A stretch of DNA of 64,000 nt from Candidatus Bathyarchaeia archaeon. GTDB taxonomy: Archaea > Thermoproteota > CALKCG01 > B24 > JAGTQN01. The DNA lies in NCBI GenBank assembly GCA_038850515.1, contig JAWCLV010000003.1, positions 1,620 to 65,619 on the forward strand. Reading direction: 5' to 3'. Shown one piece after another: positions 1 to 9,575 of the stretch; positions within the stretch are counted from its first letter, which is position 1; each line of letters starts with the position of its first letter. The translations under genes were made by a program, and so were the position numbers. The notes under the pieces are model-generated. The model was not told the DNA's origin. It ran no database searches and was given only the letters and a program-made list of their open reading frames with translations.

Positions 1-1060
1 TGCTCCTGCCTTCATAGCCTTCATAGTCCCCAAAGTAAACGATCTCCTTTCCCCCAGGATTCCAGATAGTCTTTGGGTACCAGGCTTCGATGCTCTCGTA
101 ACTCCAGCTAGAGGGAATCATCAGTATCTCAAAGCGATTGTCAAGATTGTCGTACTCGTAAAGTCTATATTCATTTATGATGGGAAGGTCCCTTACCCTC
201 TCCATAAGGGCGCTGCTGATGATGCTATCGACAGCTGTGATGCTCCATCTTGTTGGGACAAGCCTTCGATGGGGCTTTAATCCGAAGGCTCCTATGCTAA
301 AGGCCCTCTGAATCTTGGTTACGAGGATGCCCTCCCTATAAAGCGTTAAGACAGCCTCCGAAGCCTTAAGGTCCGTGTCAGCATAGACTTTCTCAACGCT
401 CCTATCCCATTTGGCATTTCCCACCTTCATCTTCTTGACGATGGCTGAGGGACCGAAGGGCTGGACCTCATCGTCGAGAAGCATAGATCCCCTTGGGGGC
501 CTATCGAAGGTCAGCTCCAGATCGACGGGCCTCGATGCCAAAGCAAGCTCTGTGATGGATTCGAGGAGCTTTCCTCCGATTCCTACATCCGAGACCTTAG
601 CCCTCGTCTTTCCCCTTACTAGCATAGACCTGAAGGCTACGATCTCCTCTATTTTTCTACCTATCCAAAGCTCCGGAAGGTCTAGGAGGGCCGTATCGCC
701 TAGGATTGGGGGTGTAAGGGGGCCCACATAAACATGGGGATAGCCTATGCGCCCTACGAATACGCCTGGTGGCGTTGAACCTGCCATGGTTTCGGAGCTG
801 ATTTTTGGGGCTACTTGGAAGAATGAGGAAACTCTAAGTATAATAGGGCATCGAGCTTTTCCACAGAGCATCCGGGCCCCTTTGCAGGCGACGCAACGGT
901 AGGCCCCTTCTCCTGCTTGAAACCTTAAAAAGCCCTCCCTTATTGCCAGATCCGATAGGATGGCTGGCTCTTCTACAATCCTAGCCAGTTCAAGACCGAA
1001 GGTAGAAGGGTCTAGGACTCTTGATCTCTTCGGAGGAGGGATGGGGCCTCCAGGATTCAT
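1..1060 (-). CDS. Nre-family (NreA-like) DNA repair protein; the 3' end runs off the window
   Basis: Absent from the ORF track because it is open to the window edge. My translation of the minus strand from ATG 1060 gives MNPGGPIPPPKRSRVLDP...YRCVACKGARMLCGKARCPIILR...PPGVFVGRIGYPHVYVGPL... This Cys-cluster plus GYP layout is what I associate with archaeal Nre (DUF650/DUF651) proteins. Confidence 0.55.
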   Translation of the reverse strand, partial: MNPGGPIPPPKRSRVLDPSTFGLELARIVEEPAILSDLAIREGFLRFQAGEGAYRCVACKGARMLCGKARCPIILRVSSFFQVAPKISSETMAGSTPPGVFVGRIGYPHVYVGPLTPPILGDTALLDLPELWIGRKIEEIVAFRSMLVRGKTRAKVSDVGIGGKLLESITELALASRPVDLELTFDRPPRGSMLLDDEVQPFGPSAIVKKMKVGNAKWDRSVEKVYADTDLKASEAVLTLYREGILVTKIQRAFSIGAFGLKPHRRLVPTRWSITAVDSIISSALMERVRDLPIINEYRLYEYDNLDNRFEILMIPSSWSYESIEAWYPKTIWNPGGKEIVYFGDYEGYEGRS

Positions 1061-1111
1061 GCGATTCGGTTAAATAGCTATGTATCCTTCGATTTATTTC
1101 TTCTTAAGGAA

Positions 1112-1760
1112 TTATGGATTAGCCTTCAAGGGACCTTGCTCCTTCTGGACGTCTTCAACCTTCGCTTCAAGGGCTGGTGTGAAAAGGAGCTTCGATTTGC
1201 TAATCCCTACATGCCTCAAAGGTGCAATCTTCTTGGCTTCGTTGTATATATCGGAAGCCAGTTTTCCGAGGACTGCCTCTTGAACGAGTTGCTCGAAATT
1301 CAGGACCTGAGACCTCTCCTCAAGAATTTTCCCCATGATTCTCCTTATGGCGCTACCTTGGGCCGAGTTGATTCGGCGTAAAGTACAGGCGAGAACAGAG
1401 AGGCGAAGGCCATAGCCATCCTTTGTCTTCACGTTAAAGATTCCATCAACCCTTTTGCTCCCACGCCTAATGAGGGTTCTAAGATAGTCCCTAGCATATT
1501 CATGGCCCTTGAAGATGGTTTTGGCTTTGTTACCATCCACATCCGTTATCTGAAAGGTTATCACTATGTTCATATGGGATGGATCCTTTGTCACATCGTA
1601 GAGGGAAGTCTGAACACTCCTGCCAAGGAGACCCTTTCCTTCGTTGGCTGGAATATCCCCAAGCTCTACTTCTCCGAAATATGGTGGCGAATAGACTGAG
1701 AACCATGCCTTGGCTCGCCACTTATCCCTTACCCTTCTTCCCTTGGAAGACAGACACCAT
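1112..1760 (-). CDS. rps3ae: 30S ribosomal protein S3Ae (eS1); frame interrupted by an apparent 1-nt frameshift near 1722-1728
   Basis: Track ORF 1112..1594 (...HMNIVITFQITDVDGNKAKTIFKGHEYARDYLRTLIRRGSKRVDGIF...) is S3Ae without its N-terminus. The same frame stays open upstream and reads DKWRAKAWFSVYSPPYFGEVELGDIPA, the canonical DKWK.KKWY..P..F block. The only start (ATG 1760, preceded by GGAGGT) is in another frame: MVSVFQGKKGKG then TAA. Confidence 0.85.
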
Positions 1761-1853
1761 ACCTCCCAACTTTTCTTTTCTAATCCCTTTGGCTTAACCT
1801 AATCTGACTGTATCGGACCTTATCTTACCTTGTATTACCCTCCTTGGCCTCAC

Positions 1854-2111
1854 CTATCCAAGAGCCTCTAAGACCCTTTCCGCCGCTTGAAGGCACCTCA
1901 TTAGGTCATCTAAGGTGGCTAAAAAGGTTTCAAGTCTTAAATTCGACTCTATGGTGATCTCGACGCTTGGCCCTTCATTCCTCGTATTGAGACTCAAGCC
2001 CCTAGGAGAGGTGGCATTATCGGGGGTCAAGGCCAAAGCTATGGCCCTAGCCTTTTCAGGGGCATCATATTCGATCCTTATGAAGGCCCTATCCAAGAAC
2101 TTTTCCTCCAA
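1854..2111 (-). CDS. pcc1: KEOPS subunit Pcc1-like protein
   Basis: 85-aa ORF with the Pcc1 pattern (FIRIEYDAPEKARAIALALTPD...VEITIESNLRLETFLATLDDLMRCLQAAERV). It overlaps the recJ-like stop, as in the conserved archaeal S15-RecJ-Pcc1-S3Ae neighbourhood. Confidence 0.6.
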   Translation of the reverse strand: MEEKFLDRAFIRIEYDAPEKARAIALALTPDNATSPRGLSLNTRNEGPSVEITIESNLRLETFLATLDDLMRCLQAAERVLEALG

Positions 2112-3564
2112 TTTGTAGACCTATCCTTTCGTCTATAGCGGCTACGAACGCGTCCCGTTTTTCCGAAGGGATGGTGGCCCCAGCCGCTATGGCATGGCCT
2201 CCTCCCCTTCCTCCCACCTCCCTCGCAGCCCCCTCCATGATGAGACCTAGGTTTAAACCCGCATTTACTAGGGCACCCGTAGCCCTTATAGAGACCTTGA
2301 GCCTTTCCTTCCCTCCACCGCTATAGCTCATGGCCAAAACTGGTTTAGGCTTTGGAAACCTCCCTAGGAATTGGAGGAGCCCAAGGATAGGACTCAGCAA
2401 CCTTTCATCTACGATTTCCTCGCTTCTCACAACATAAAGGTTCTGAAGCTCTAGGATCCTATCCTGGCTCTTCTCTAAGGCTTCCAATTGTTGCGTCAGC
2501 TTACGCCTGTATAAGGCTAACGCTTCATCGGCCTCCTGAAGGACCTTCTCCCTACGATCACCCAAGCCCAAGGCTAGAGCAAGACCTGCCTTCCCCACCC
2601 TTCCGCAAGCATTGAGGAGGGAGGCGAATTCCCTCGCATCCCGGAGGGGGGTAAATCGCCCCTCCTCCGATAAAATGTAAACCTTTCCAATGAGGCGCTT
2701 GGCTTCAGATGCTTGAAGGCCCCTCGTAACCAAGTATTCGACGAGACCGCTGTAGAGGCGTTTCTTCTCTTCTTGATTTAGGTCCGCGGGGACCCTCCAT
2801 CTATCGCCATCTTTTACGGGTATGCCAAGGCTGTTAAAAAAGCCAAGGCATTGGTCTTCCTCCCCACTTAAGCCAGGAAAAAGGGGGCTCATAGTGGTTG
2901 CTAGAGCCTTGTGGAGCGGTCTCGTTTCCCTTCCGAACAGGAGGAGGTCATGATTGACCTCCACTTGCCCCTTCTGCAGAGCATCATCGAGGATCTGAAG
3001 ATTCAAGCCCTTGAATTCCCTTTCTTCGGAGCGATCTTGGAGGTCACCAAGGGCTCCTATGAGACCAAGGTATGCGAGGCTTATGTTCATATCATCCATA
3101 GCCTTTGCCACAAGATAAGCGAGGCCTGAAGCGCTCAATTCCTCGCCCCCATCGAGGCCAAAGCGACAAGGGTTGACTTCCAAGAGATTCTCCCTTTCTT
3201 GGATAGCCAATTCTTGAGGCTGGTGATGGTCGAGAATGAGGCATGTCCTTCCGTTCTCCTTGAGGGCGCTAAGAACCAAATCCAGGTTACCGCTCCCAAG
3301 ATCTGTAAAAACGATGAAATCCGGCTTTCCGGAAAAGGCTTCTTGGATGCTTTCCTCATCTATTTGCTGGAGGATCCTCACATGGAACCCGACTCCGAGT
3401 CTCGCGAGGGCCCTTGCCAAAATGCTGGCAGCTGCAAGGCCATCGGCATCCAAGTGGGAAACGATCCTCACAGGATTCTTGGCTAAAGCATTTCGGGAGA
3501 GGAAAACGGAAGCCTCAGAAATCCTTTGGAAGAATTCTTCGAGGCGTTTTGGCTCGCCAGTCAA
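2089..3564 (-). CDS. RecJ-like DHH/DHHA1 phosphoesterase (archaeal RecJ/GAN family)
   Basis: The N-terminal DHH region (VRIVSHLDADGLAAASILARAL, ILDHHQP) and the C-terminal DHHA1 motif (GGRGGGHAIAAGATIP) are present. The position between the S15 and S3Ae genes is typical for archaea. Confidence 0.8.
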   Translation of the reverse strand: MTGEPKRLEEFFQRISEASVFLSRNALAKNPVRIVSHLDADGLAAASILARALARLGVGFHVRILQQIDEESIQEAFSGKPDFIVFTDLGSGNLDLVLSALKENGRTCLILDHHQPQELAIQERENLLEVNPCRFGLDGGEELSASGLAYLVAKAMDDMNISLAYLGLIGALGDLQDRSEEREFKGLNLQILDDALQKGQVEVNHDLLLFGRETRPLHKALATTMSPLFPGLSGEEDQCLGFFNSLGIPVKDGDRWRVPADLNQEEKKRLYSGLVEYLVTRGLQASEAKRLIGKVYILSEEGRFTPLRDAREFASLLNACGRVGKAGLALALGLGDRREKVLQEADEALALYRRKLTQQLEALEKSQDRILELQNLYVVRSEEIVDERLLSPILGLLQFLGRFPKPKPVLAMSYSGGGKERLKVSIRATGALVNAGLNLGLIMEGAAREVGGRGGGHAIAAGATIPSEKRDAFVAAIDERIGLQIGGKVLG

Positions 3565-3598
3565 TTATCCCTCGCCAGGTGTCTGGATTCTTTGAAGC

Positions 3599-4048
3599 CT
3601 ATTTGGCGGAAAGCACGATGGCCCTATATTCCCAAGTCTCCGGCAGTTTTCCCGTTCTCTTGTAATAGCGGGAAAGGTTGTGGATCTTAGCTTCCAAGAG
3701 CTGAAGGGAGTGCTTGTTTTTCGAATCTGCCTTGTGGCGGTCTAGATGCCTTGCAAGTTTAACGGCCTTGGCCACGAGGCTTGATAGGTCGCTGGGGATG
3801 GAGGGGGCTAGGTTATTCTCCTTAAGGATCTGGGTTACAGACTTGCCTGTAATCTGCTTGACAAGGGGTATGCCATATTGGTCCCGGAGAATAGTTCCTA
3901 TGAGGCTTGGAGGAACCATATCCTTCCCCAGTTTAACGACGAGGGCTTCAACCTCTTCGGGTTCAAAGCGACACCATGGAGGCGCCTTCCTAGAAATCGG
4001 CCTAACAGAATGGGACTTTCCATGGGCGTGGGCCCTTCTCTTAACCAA
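3599..4048 (-). CDS. rps15: 30S ribosomal protein S15 (uS15, S13e type)
   Basis: 149-aa ORF: MVKRRAHAHGKSHSVRP...PPSLIGTILRDQYGIPLVKQITGKS...HLDRHKADSKNKHSLQLLEAKIHNLSRYYKRTGKLP. This matches archaeal S15/S13e along its full length. Confidence 0.9.
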   Translation of the reverse strand: MVKRRAHAHGKSHSVRPISRKAPPWCRFEPEEVEALVVKLGKDMVPPSLIGTILRDQYGIPLVKQITGKSVTQILKENNLAPSIPSDLSSLVAKAVKLARHLDRHKADSKNKHSLQLLEAKIHNLSRYYKRTGKLPETWEYRAIVLSAK

Positions 4049-4239
4049 TGGGCGCCTCTCCTATTTCCGGTTGTTTTTATCTAATGGGTTAGGAAGCCTT
4101 ATTTAAACTTGTTTTTCAAAAATTGAGAAAACATGGCTCCGAGTAGGATGGATGCCTAGAAATTTTTGACGCATAAGGCTTCGGAACCTGAACTTAATTT
4201 TCTTTTTTAACTTTAATGGCATCGAGGTAAAGCTTATTC

Positions 4240-5118
4240 TTGGATGGGGCTAAAGGAAAGGCTATGACCATGACCACGACTATGACTAGGTTCCTCATTG
4301 AGCTTCAGAGGGTGCAGAATGAGAAGGATTCTGTGCTATGCGTTGGCCTAGATCCGGCCCTTCCATCCCAGCGTTCTAAGGATGTCATCCCTCAATCCTA
4401 TGCCATCCTCAAAGACGAGAATGATGCCAGGCTGAAGTTCTGCATCCACATCATCGAAGAGACGAAGGAGTATGCCTGCGCCTTCAAGGCTAATCTTCAT
4501 TACTTATCCGGCTTCAGAACGGAGGATCACCAAGCCCTAACGGAGGCTATCAAGGCCTCGGGATGCGTTTCCATATTAGACTGTAAGCTGAACGACATAA
4601 GTGAAACCGTTCAAGCGGCTATCTTCCATTTCAGGCGCTGGGGATACGATGCCATTACTTTCAACCCATTCCTCGGAAACCTTGAGGCAGTCCTTCTAGC
4701 GAGTCGGCAAGAAACTCCAGAGCTTGGAGTCCTAGTCTTGACCCTTACTTCGAATCCTGAGGCTCGAAGGTATATGAAGGAATCTTATTATATTAGCCAA
4801 GGCAAGCCCCTTTTCCTAGCGATCGCTGAAGAAGTGAAGGCCTTAGGAGCTGATGGTTGCATTGTCGGAGCCACGGGATGGGTTTCGGAAGAGGATATAA
4901 GGGCTGTGAGGAGGACCATAGGAACCGATAGGGCAATTCTCTTCCCAGGTATAGGAGCCCAAGCAGGCGATCCGGAGAAGATTGTAAGGGCTGGAGGGGA
5001 AGGACCCCTCATCGTAAATGTCGGACGAAGCATCATGTACGCACAGAGCCCAAAGGAGGTTGCCAAGCATTATGCAAAGAGCCTTAATGCCCTAAGGAAG
5101 GACCTGAGCTTTGCTTAA
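4240..5118 (+). CDS. pyrF: Orotidine 5'-phosphate decarboxylase (type 2)
   Basis: SVLCVGLDP near the N-terminus, FKANLHYL, and the ILDCKLNDISETV substrate-binding motif. The true start may be the ATG at 4264 rather than the TTG at 4240. Confidence 0.8.
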   Translation: MDGAKGKAMTMTTTMTRFLIELQRVQNEKDSVLCVGLDPALPSQRSKDVIPQSYAILKDENDARLKFCIHIIEETKEYACAFKANLHYLSGFRTEDHQALTEAIKASGCVSILDCKLNDISETVQAAIFHFRRWGYDAITFNPFLGNLEAVLLASRQETPELGVLVLTLTSNPEARRYMKESYYISQGKPLFLAIAEEVKALGADGCIVGATGWVSEEDIRAVRRTIGTDRAILFPGIGAQAGDPEKIVRAGGEGPLIVNVGRSIMYAQSPKEVAKHYAKSLNALRKDLSFA

Positions 5119-5413
5119 TTGTTTCCTTTACTTTTCTTCAGATCCTCCTTTCTGAACTTTAGCCTCTTCCCGATGATCGAGACGACTCTTCCTGGAAGAG
5201 GGCTAGGACTCCGGGTCTAAATTAGCCTTTGTATCCTATGATAGAGAGCCAATACTCTACTCTATATCCAAACCTTCCTTAAGGCTTTTCCTCAAATCCG
5301 TAGATAGGCTTGATGGAGGAAAGGGTATAAAATCCCTTCTGAATTCTGAAGGTATGGTTTAGGCCTAATCTGAATGTATAGTCGAAAACCTTCTAATCCT
5401 TATTAAAGCTTCC

Positions 5414-7210
5414 CTAAGTTTCGGATTCCACGCGCTTCAGTTGCCTTCTGTACATTTCGATTATTTCGTCAACGGTGGTGGCATCCTCAGGAGCCCTCTC
5501 TTCCCTGAATTTCACGAGCCTAGGAAAACGAATCGCCAGGCCACTTCCCTGACGGATGGCGTTGAAACCGCACGTATGGAGGGGGCTTAGGGTAATCTCA
5601 TCTCCTATGACCTCTAGGACCTTTGTTGGCTGAAGCCAAAAGTCTGGTTTTATGAGGGCATTCACCCTTGGGGGTTTATGGTCGATGATAAAGGGCTTGA
5701 AGATTTCAGGAAGCCTAGCTAAGTCCTCATCCGTAAAGCCACTTCCAAGCTTGCAAACCGTATCGAAGACTTCATCCTTTGGATTATAGGCAGCCATGAG
5801 GAGGGCTCCATAGCTTCCAGCCCTCCTTCCCCGACCTGCGAAGGCTCCCACAGCCACAAGATCGACTGTATCGACCATCTCGGATCTGTAGGAGCGTTTC
5901 CATTTTATCCATAGCCATCCACGCTTTCCAGCCTCGTAGAGGCTGTTGGGTCCGATGGCTTTACAGACGAGGCCCTCCGTTCCTTCTTGGACGGCCTTAT
6001 GGAAGAAGGCTTCGATTTCCTTAGGATCTTCGCTTACGATCTTCTCGGCAATTCTTATGCGTTCCGTTTCTTGAAGGATGGCTTCTAGAGCCTTCCTCCG
6101 CTCAAGATAAGGCTTCAGGGTAAGGTCCTCGCCGTCTACATAAAGGGCATCGAAGAGGAATAAGACGACAGGAATCTCCCCGATCATCTTCTCGATATCG
6201 TACTTGCGCCCCCTTCTCTGGGAGACGACTTGGAAGGGAAGGAGGTCTCCGGTGTTTGGATCAACGGGGACGCACTCGCCATCTACTATGGCTTCCTTAG
6301 CCCTTATGGCGTTTCGTAGGGCATCCACGAGGTCGGGAAACTGGGAGGTGATGTTTTCCTGTCGCCTGGAGAAAAGGATGACGGAGCTTCCCTGAATATG
6401 GGCCTGGATCCTTAGCCCATCGTACTTGTACTCGGCGCTGCACTTGCCTCCCAGTTTTTCTAGGATTTCCTCAAGGCTGGAGAGGCGCTCCGCCAATTGG
6501 GGTTTTATTGGGCGACCGAAGGTTACCTTCACCTGCCTGATGGCATCGATTCCTCCCTTGGCGAGGATTTCTGCCACGTAGCCTATATCCGATGTGAGGT
6601 TGTACGCCCTCTCTATCGCCTCCCTATACTCCTTCCCGCCTCCGAAGGCTATGGCGAGGGCGTCGAGAAAAGTCATATCAGCAACCCCAAGCCTGAGCTT
6701 CGAGAGGGCCATCCGAACGATGTAGCGGGCCTCCTTCGGATCCGCGTCGGATAAGAGCCCTGCTAGATGGGCAATCTTAGCCTCCTGAGCCCCAGAGCCA
6801 TAGGCCTGGCTGATCTTCTCAAGGGTTCCATAGACCCTATCAAGGGTGAGGGGTCTATGAAAAAGAGTCTTTATAGCCTTCTTAGCCAGTAAGTCCTCGG
6901 CTGTTTTCCCAAGGTCCCCGCTCTTTTTATAGTCTTCCTCGACGATTTCCTCCCTAAAGCCTGTGGCGATGGATATGGCTTTCTGGCATAACTTATCGGC
7001 AATCCCGAGTTCTATTCCCATGAAGGGAGGATAAAGGGTACCTGTCGTGAGATAGGCAACCTTTCCAATAGATTCTTTGGGCGTAGCCTTTATGAGCTCA
7101 ACTAGATAGTCCGTCATCTCGAGACGCTTGGTAGTAGCCTCGATCTTTTCGAAGACATCGGCGAGGACCTTGAAGAGCATCCTTGTCGCCTCATATCTTG
7201 AAACGCCCAA
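5414..7210 (-). CDS. lig: ATP-dependent DNA ligase
   Basis: 598 aa with adenylation motif I (AEYKYDGLRIQAH) plus the later ligase motifs (EGLVCK, WLWIKWKRSY) and an OB-fold C-terminus. Confidence 0.95.
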   Translation of the reverse strand: MGVSRYEATRMLFKVLADVFEKIEATTKRLEMTDYLVELIKATPKESIGKVAYLTTGTLYPPFMGIELGIADKLCQKAISIATGFREEIVEEDYKKSGDLGKTAEDLLAKKAIKTLFHRPLTLDRVYGTLEKISQAYGSGAQEAKIAHLAGLLSDADPKEARYIVRMALSKLRLGVADMTFLDALAIAFGGGKEYREAIERAYNLTSDIGYVAEILAKGGIDAIRQVKVTFGRPIKPQLAERLSSLEEILEKLGGKCSAEYKYDGLRIQAHIQGSSVILFSRRQENITSQFPDLVDALRNAIRAKEAIVDGECVPVDPNTGDLLPFQVVSQRRGRKYDIEKMIGEIPVVLFLFDALYVDGEDLTLKPYLERRKALEAILQETERIRIAEKIVSEDPKEIEAFFHKAVQEGTEGLVCKAIGPNSLYEAGKRGWLWIKWKRSYRSEMVDTVDLVAVGAFAGRGRRAGSYGALLMAAYNPKDEVFDTVCKLGSGFTDEDLARLPEIFKPFIIDHKPPRVNALIKPDFWLQPTKVLEVIGDEITLSPLHTCGFNAIRQGSGLAIRFPRLVKFREERAPEDATTVDEIIEMYRRQLKRVESET

Positions 7211-7306
7211 GTTTCCTAAAGCCTTTTGCCCAGAGCATTCTTAGGACGAAAAGAGTAATCCGAATCGCTATTCGGGCAATTTATCGATCGATCCGAACGA
7301 AAAAGC

Positions 7307-7408
7307 CAATCAATCAACGCTCTTAATCACGGGATTGTTGGTGTCCATCCAATCCATGGACGAGTTCTCCATCGCCAACAAATTCCCCGATTAAGAGCGA
7401 CAATCAAT
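7307..7408. repeat. MITE-like palindromic element: about 24-bp imperfect inverted repeats flanked by the 8-bp direct repeat CAATCAAT
   Basis: Left arm 7318-7341 (cgctcttaatcacgggattgttgg) and right arm 7375-7399 (ccaacaaattccccgattaagagcg). The first 11 bp are perfectly complementary. The spacer has its own gtccat/atggac stem. CAATCAAT occurs at 7307-7314 and 7401-7408. Confidence 0.5.
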
Positions 7409-7555
7409 ATCGATACCTTCGATATTACATCATATCATGCCATACAGTATAGCCAACGCAAGTTCCAAGGCTTCCCAGGATTAAGACGAGGTACATCGAT
7501 TCGATCTCTTTTATTTTCTTTACCTTACTTTACTTTACCTTCCTATCCTTCGCCT

Positions 7556-8395
7556 TCAAACCTCAAGATAATGAAGCGCCTCTTGGATATTAGCGACTTC
7601 GATGACCTCTATCTCGAAACCCTTATCCCTCAAGTAACCCTGTACCTCCACAAGCTCTGGAACGTACTCTATGATCCTGAAAGAGCCCAACTGAGTAACC
7701 TTTTCCTTCCAAACAACAACCTTCGACTGCCCCTTAGGGACTAGGAAGGTCTTCGCCCCTATCTTTGCGGCCGCCATGGCTTTCTCAATGATTCCTCCCA
7801 CGCTACCGAGGCTTCCATCGCCTTGAATGGCTCCTGTGATAACGGCATCCCTCCGGATACCTTTCCCTTGGAGTATGGAGGAAAGGAGGGCAGTTATCGC
7901 CGCTCCAGCTGAGGGACCATCAACTACATCGATGGTTCTGTTAGCCGAAACGGTTAGAATACAGTCTAGTAAGCTGGCATTGACGCCGGTAAACCTTTGG
8001 GCCACTTTAAAGGCCGTTTCGGCGGCGATCTGAAGATCTATGCCTATCTTTGGAGTCGTTCCTATGAATACTTTCCCGGAACCTTCAACGAAGCGGGCAT
8101 AAACTCTAAGGATTTCTCCTCCATAGCCTCCATCCGTCGTTATAACGCCAGCAATGTATATCCATTCTCCCGAGAGTGAAACATTTGTTGGGTGATAAGG
8201 AAGGCTTCTCTTTAGAACTTCTATACTTTCCTTCAACATGGCATTCTCTGAGCTTAAAGTGTTAACTTTTGTCTGAAGATTTTTCAAGTATCCATCGTAC
8301 TCTATGACTTTGGTGTAAAGGTAAGTATTAATCAAGAAGCTAAGAAAGAGAAGGGTGCAAAGTATTACTATTGCATACTTTTTAAAATCAATCAT
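7556..8395 (-). CDS. Membrane-anchored Lon-like (S16 family) serine peptidase domain protein
   Basis: An N-terminal hydrophobic helix (YAIVILCTLLFLSFLINTYLY), then the Lon proteolytic-domain motifs DGPSAGAAITALLSSILQG (catalytic Ser) and GSVGGIIEKAMAAAKIGAKTFLVP (catalytic Lys). Confidence 0.7.
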   Translation of the reverse strand: MIDFKKYAIVILCTLLFLSFLINTYLYTKVIEYDGYLKNLQTKVNTLSSENAMLKESIEVLKRSLPYHPTNVSLSGEWIYIAGVITTDGGYGGEILRVYARFVEGSGKVFIGTTPKIGIDLQIAAETAFKVAQRFTGVNASLLDCILTVSANRTIDVVDGPSAGAAITALLSSILQGKGIRRDAVITGAIQGDGSLGSVGGIIEKAMAAAKIGAKTFLVPKGQSKVVVWKEKVTQLGSFRIIEYVPELVEVQGYLRDKGFEIEVIEVANIQEALHYLEV

Positions 8396-8643
8396 ACAAA
8401 AATTCCGAAACTCAAAAGAATATATAAGGTTTACCCATTTTCCAGTTAAATTTAGTCTCCATGAACCTTACCTATGGCAGCTTTTTCATCCATTATCGTC
8501 CATTGCCTTTCAGTTTGGCATTCTATGTTCGTAAGCTTCGCCTATAGCCTTTCTGGCAGACGCTAGCTTCCCGATCCACCCTCGGCTCCAATCCTTGCTT
8601 CTTTAAGGCTGAAGTTTCTAGGAACTTGTAGAGCCGTAATTCT

Positions 8644-8958
8644 CTAGGGCATTTTACTGAGGGCCTCGTTGATCGCCTCTGATTGGAAGTGATTCCTTAC
8701 AGTCACATGGACTTCTTCTATGCCTTCGACTTCCATAGCCATTCTTTTTATTTGCTTTCCTATGTGCAGGGCGAAGACTGGGGGGCAGAAGGGGGCTGTC
8801 AGGTGATAAGCGATCCTAGCAACCTTCCCTTCGACCTTAACCTCATCTATCATTCCGGCTTCCGTCACGCTGAAACCGAACTCCGGATCTTTAACCTCCT
8901 TAAGCCTTTCGTAGACCTCCTTCTCCTTCTCGGTAAGCTTTTCGGGATCAAGATCCAT
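8644..8958 (-). CDS. DUF59/MIP18-family Fe-S cluster assembly-related protein
   Basis: 104 aa: EVKDPEFGFSVTEAGMIDEVKVEG...YHLTAPFCPP...GIEEVHVTV. This is the typical DUF59 signature, including the conserved Cys-Pro. Confidence 0.7.
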   Translation of the reverse strand: MDLDPEKLTEKEKEVYERLKEVKDPEFGFSVTEAGMIDEVKVEGKVARIAYHLTAPFCPPVFALHIGKQIKRMAMEVEGIEEVHVTVRNHFQSEAINEALSKMP

Positions 8959-9183
8959 ATCGCATCACCTAAAGTATCGGGTTTCGACTCTAATTCCTTA
9001 AAGTTCGTAGAAGTCCTATAAAGTCCTTTCCTATTGGGCGTAAGAATCTTTTGAATCCTAGGACCGACTTTGCCGAACGTATGGAAGGCGGTTTATCACC
9101 CACAGCTACCATGTTCCGATCCCCTTAGCCGCCATCTTTTTCGAGATGTTTAAATCTAAGTTCTCGACAAAATTTGGGAGGCC

Positions 9184-9558
9184 ATGGAGTTGAAGATCGT
9201 CGAGGAATCCTCCAACAGGCTCCTAGGAAGGATGGAGGTGCGCTTCAACCTCCTTCACCCAGGGGCTGGCACGCCAAAAAGATTCGAAGTTAAGGAGAGC
9301 CTTGCATCAAAGTTTGGAAGAAAGCCTGAGGAGATCTACATAATTCGCTATGAGACTAAGACAGGCACCCAGGTTTCTGAGGGAATCTGCCATATTTACG
9401 AGAGCAAGGAGCTGGCAAGGCTTTTACTACCGAAACATGTTTTTTATAAGAACCTACCACCCGAGGAAAGGGAAGCCATGAAGGCGAAGGAGGAAGGAGA
9501 GAAAGAGAAAAAGAAGGGAAGTCCCCAGAGCCAAAAGGGTGGAAGCTCTAAGGAATGA
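9184..9558 (+). CDS. rps24e: 30S ribosomal protein S24e with a Lys/Glu-rich tail
   Basis: MELKIVEESSNRLLGRMEVRFNLLHPGAGTPKRFEVKESLASKFGRKPEEIYI...GICHIYESKE. A GGGAGG Shine-Dalgarno-like sequence lies just upstream. Confidence 0.9.
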   Translation: MELKIVEESSNRLLGRMEVRFNLLHPGAGTPKRFEVKESLASKFGRKPEEIYIIRYETKTGTQVSEGICHIYESKELARLLLPKHVFYKNLPPEEREAMKAKEEGEKEKKKGSPQSQKGGSSKE

Positions 9559-9575
9559 TCCTTTCTGATAAATGA

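Noticed and set aside
411-731. 106-aa plus-strand ORF
   Set aside because: It is antisense to the Nre-family gene, which is open across the whole 1-1060 interval on the minus strand. Its low-complexity Ser/Pro-rich translation also argues against coding.
7318-7402. H/ACA guide RNA, from a hairpin followed by ACA
   Set aside because: The stem is almost continuously paired with no internal pseudouridylation pocket. I could not find a K-turn or K-loop in the upper stem.
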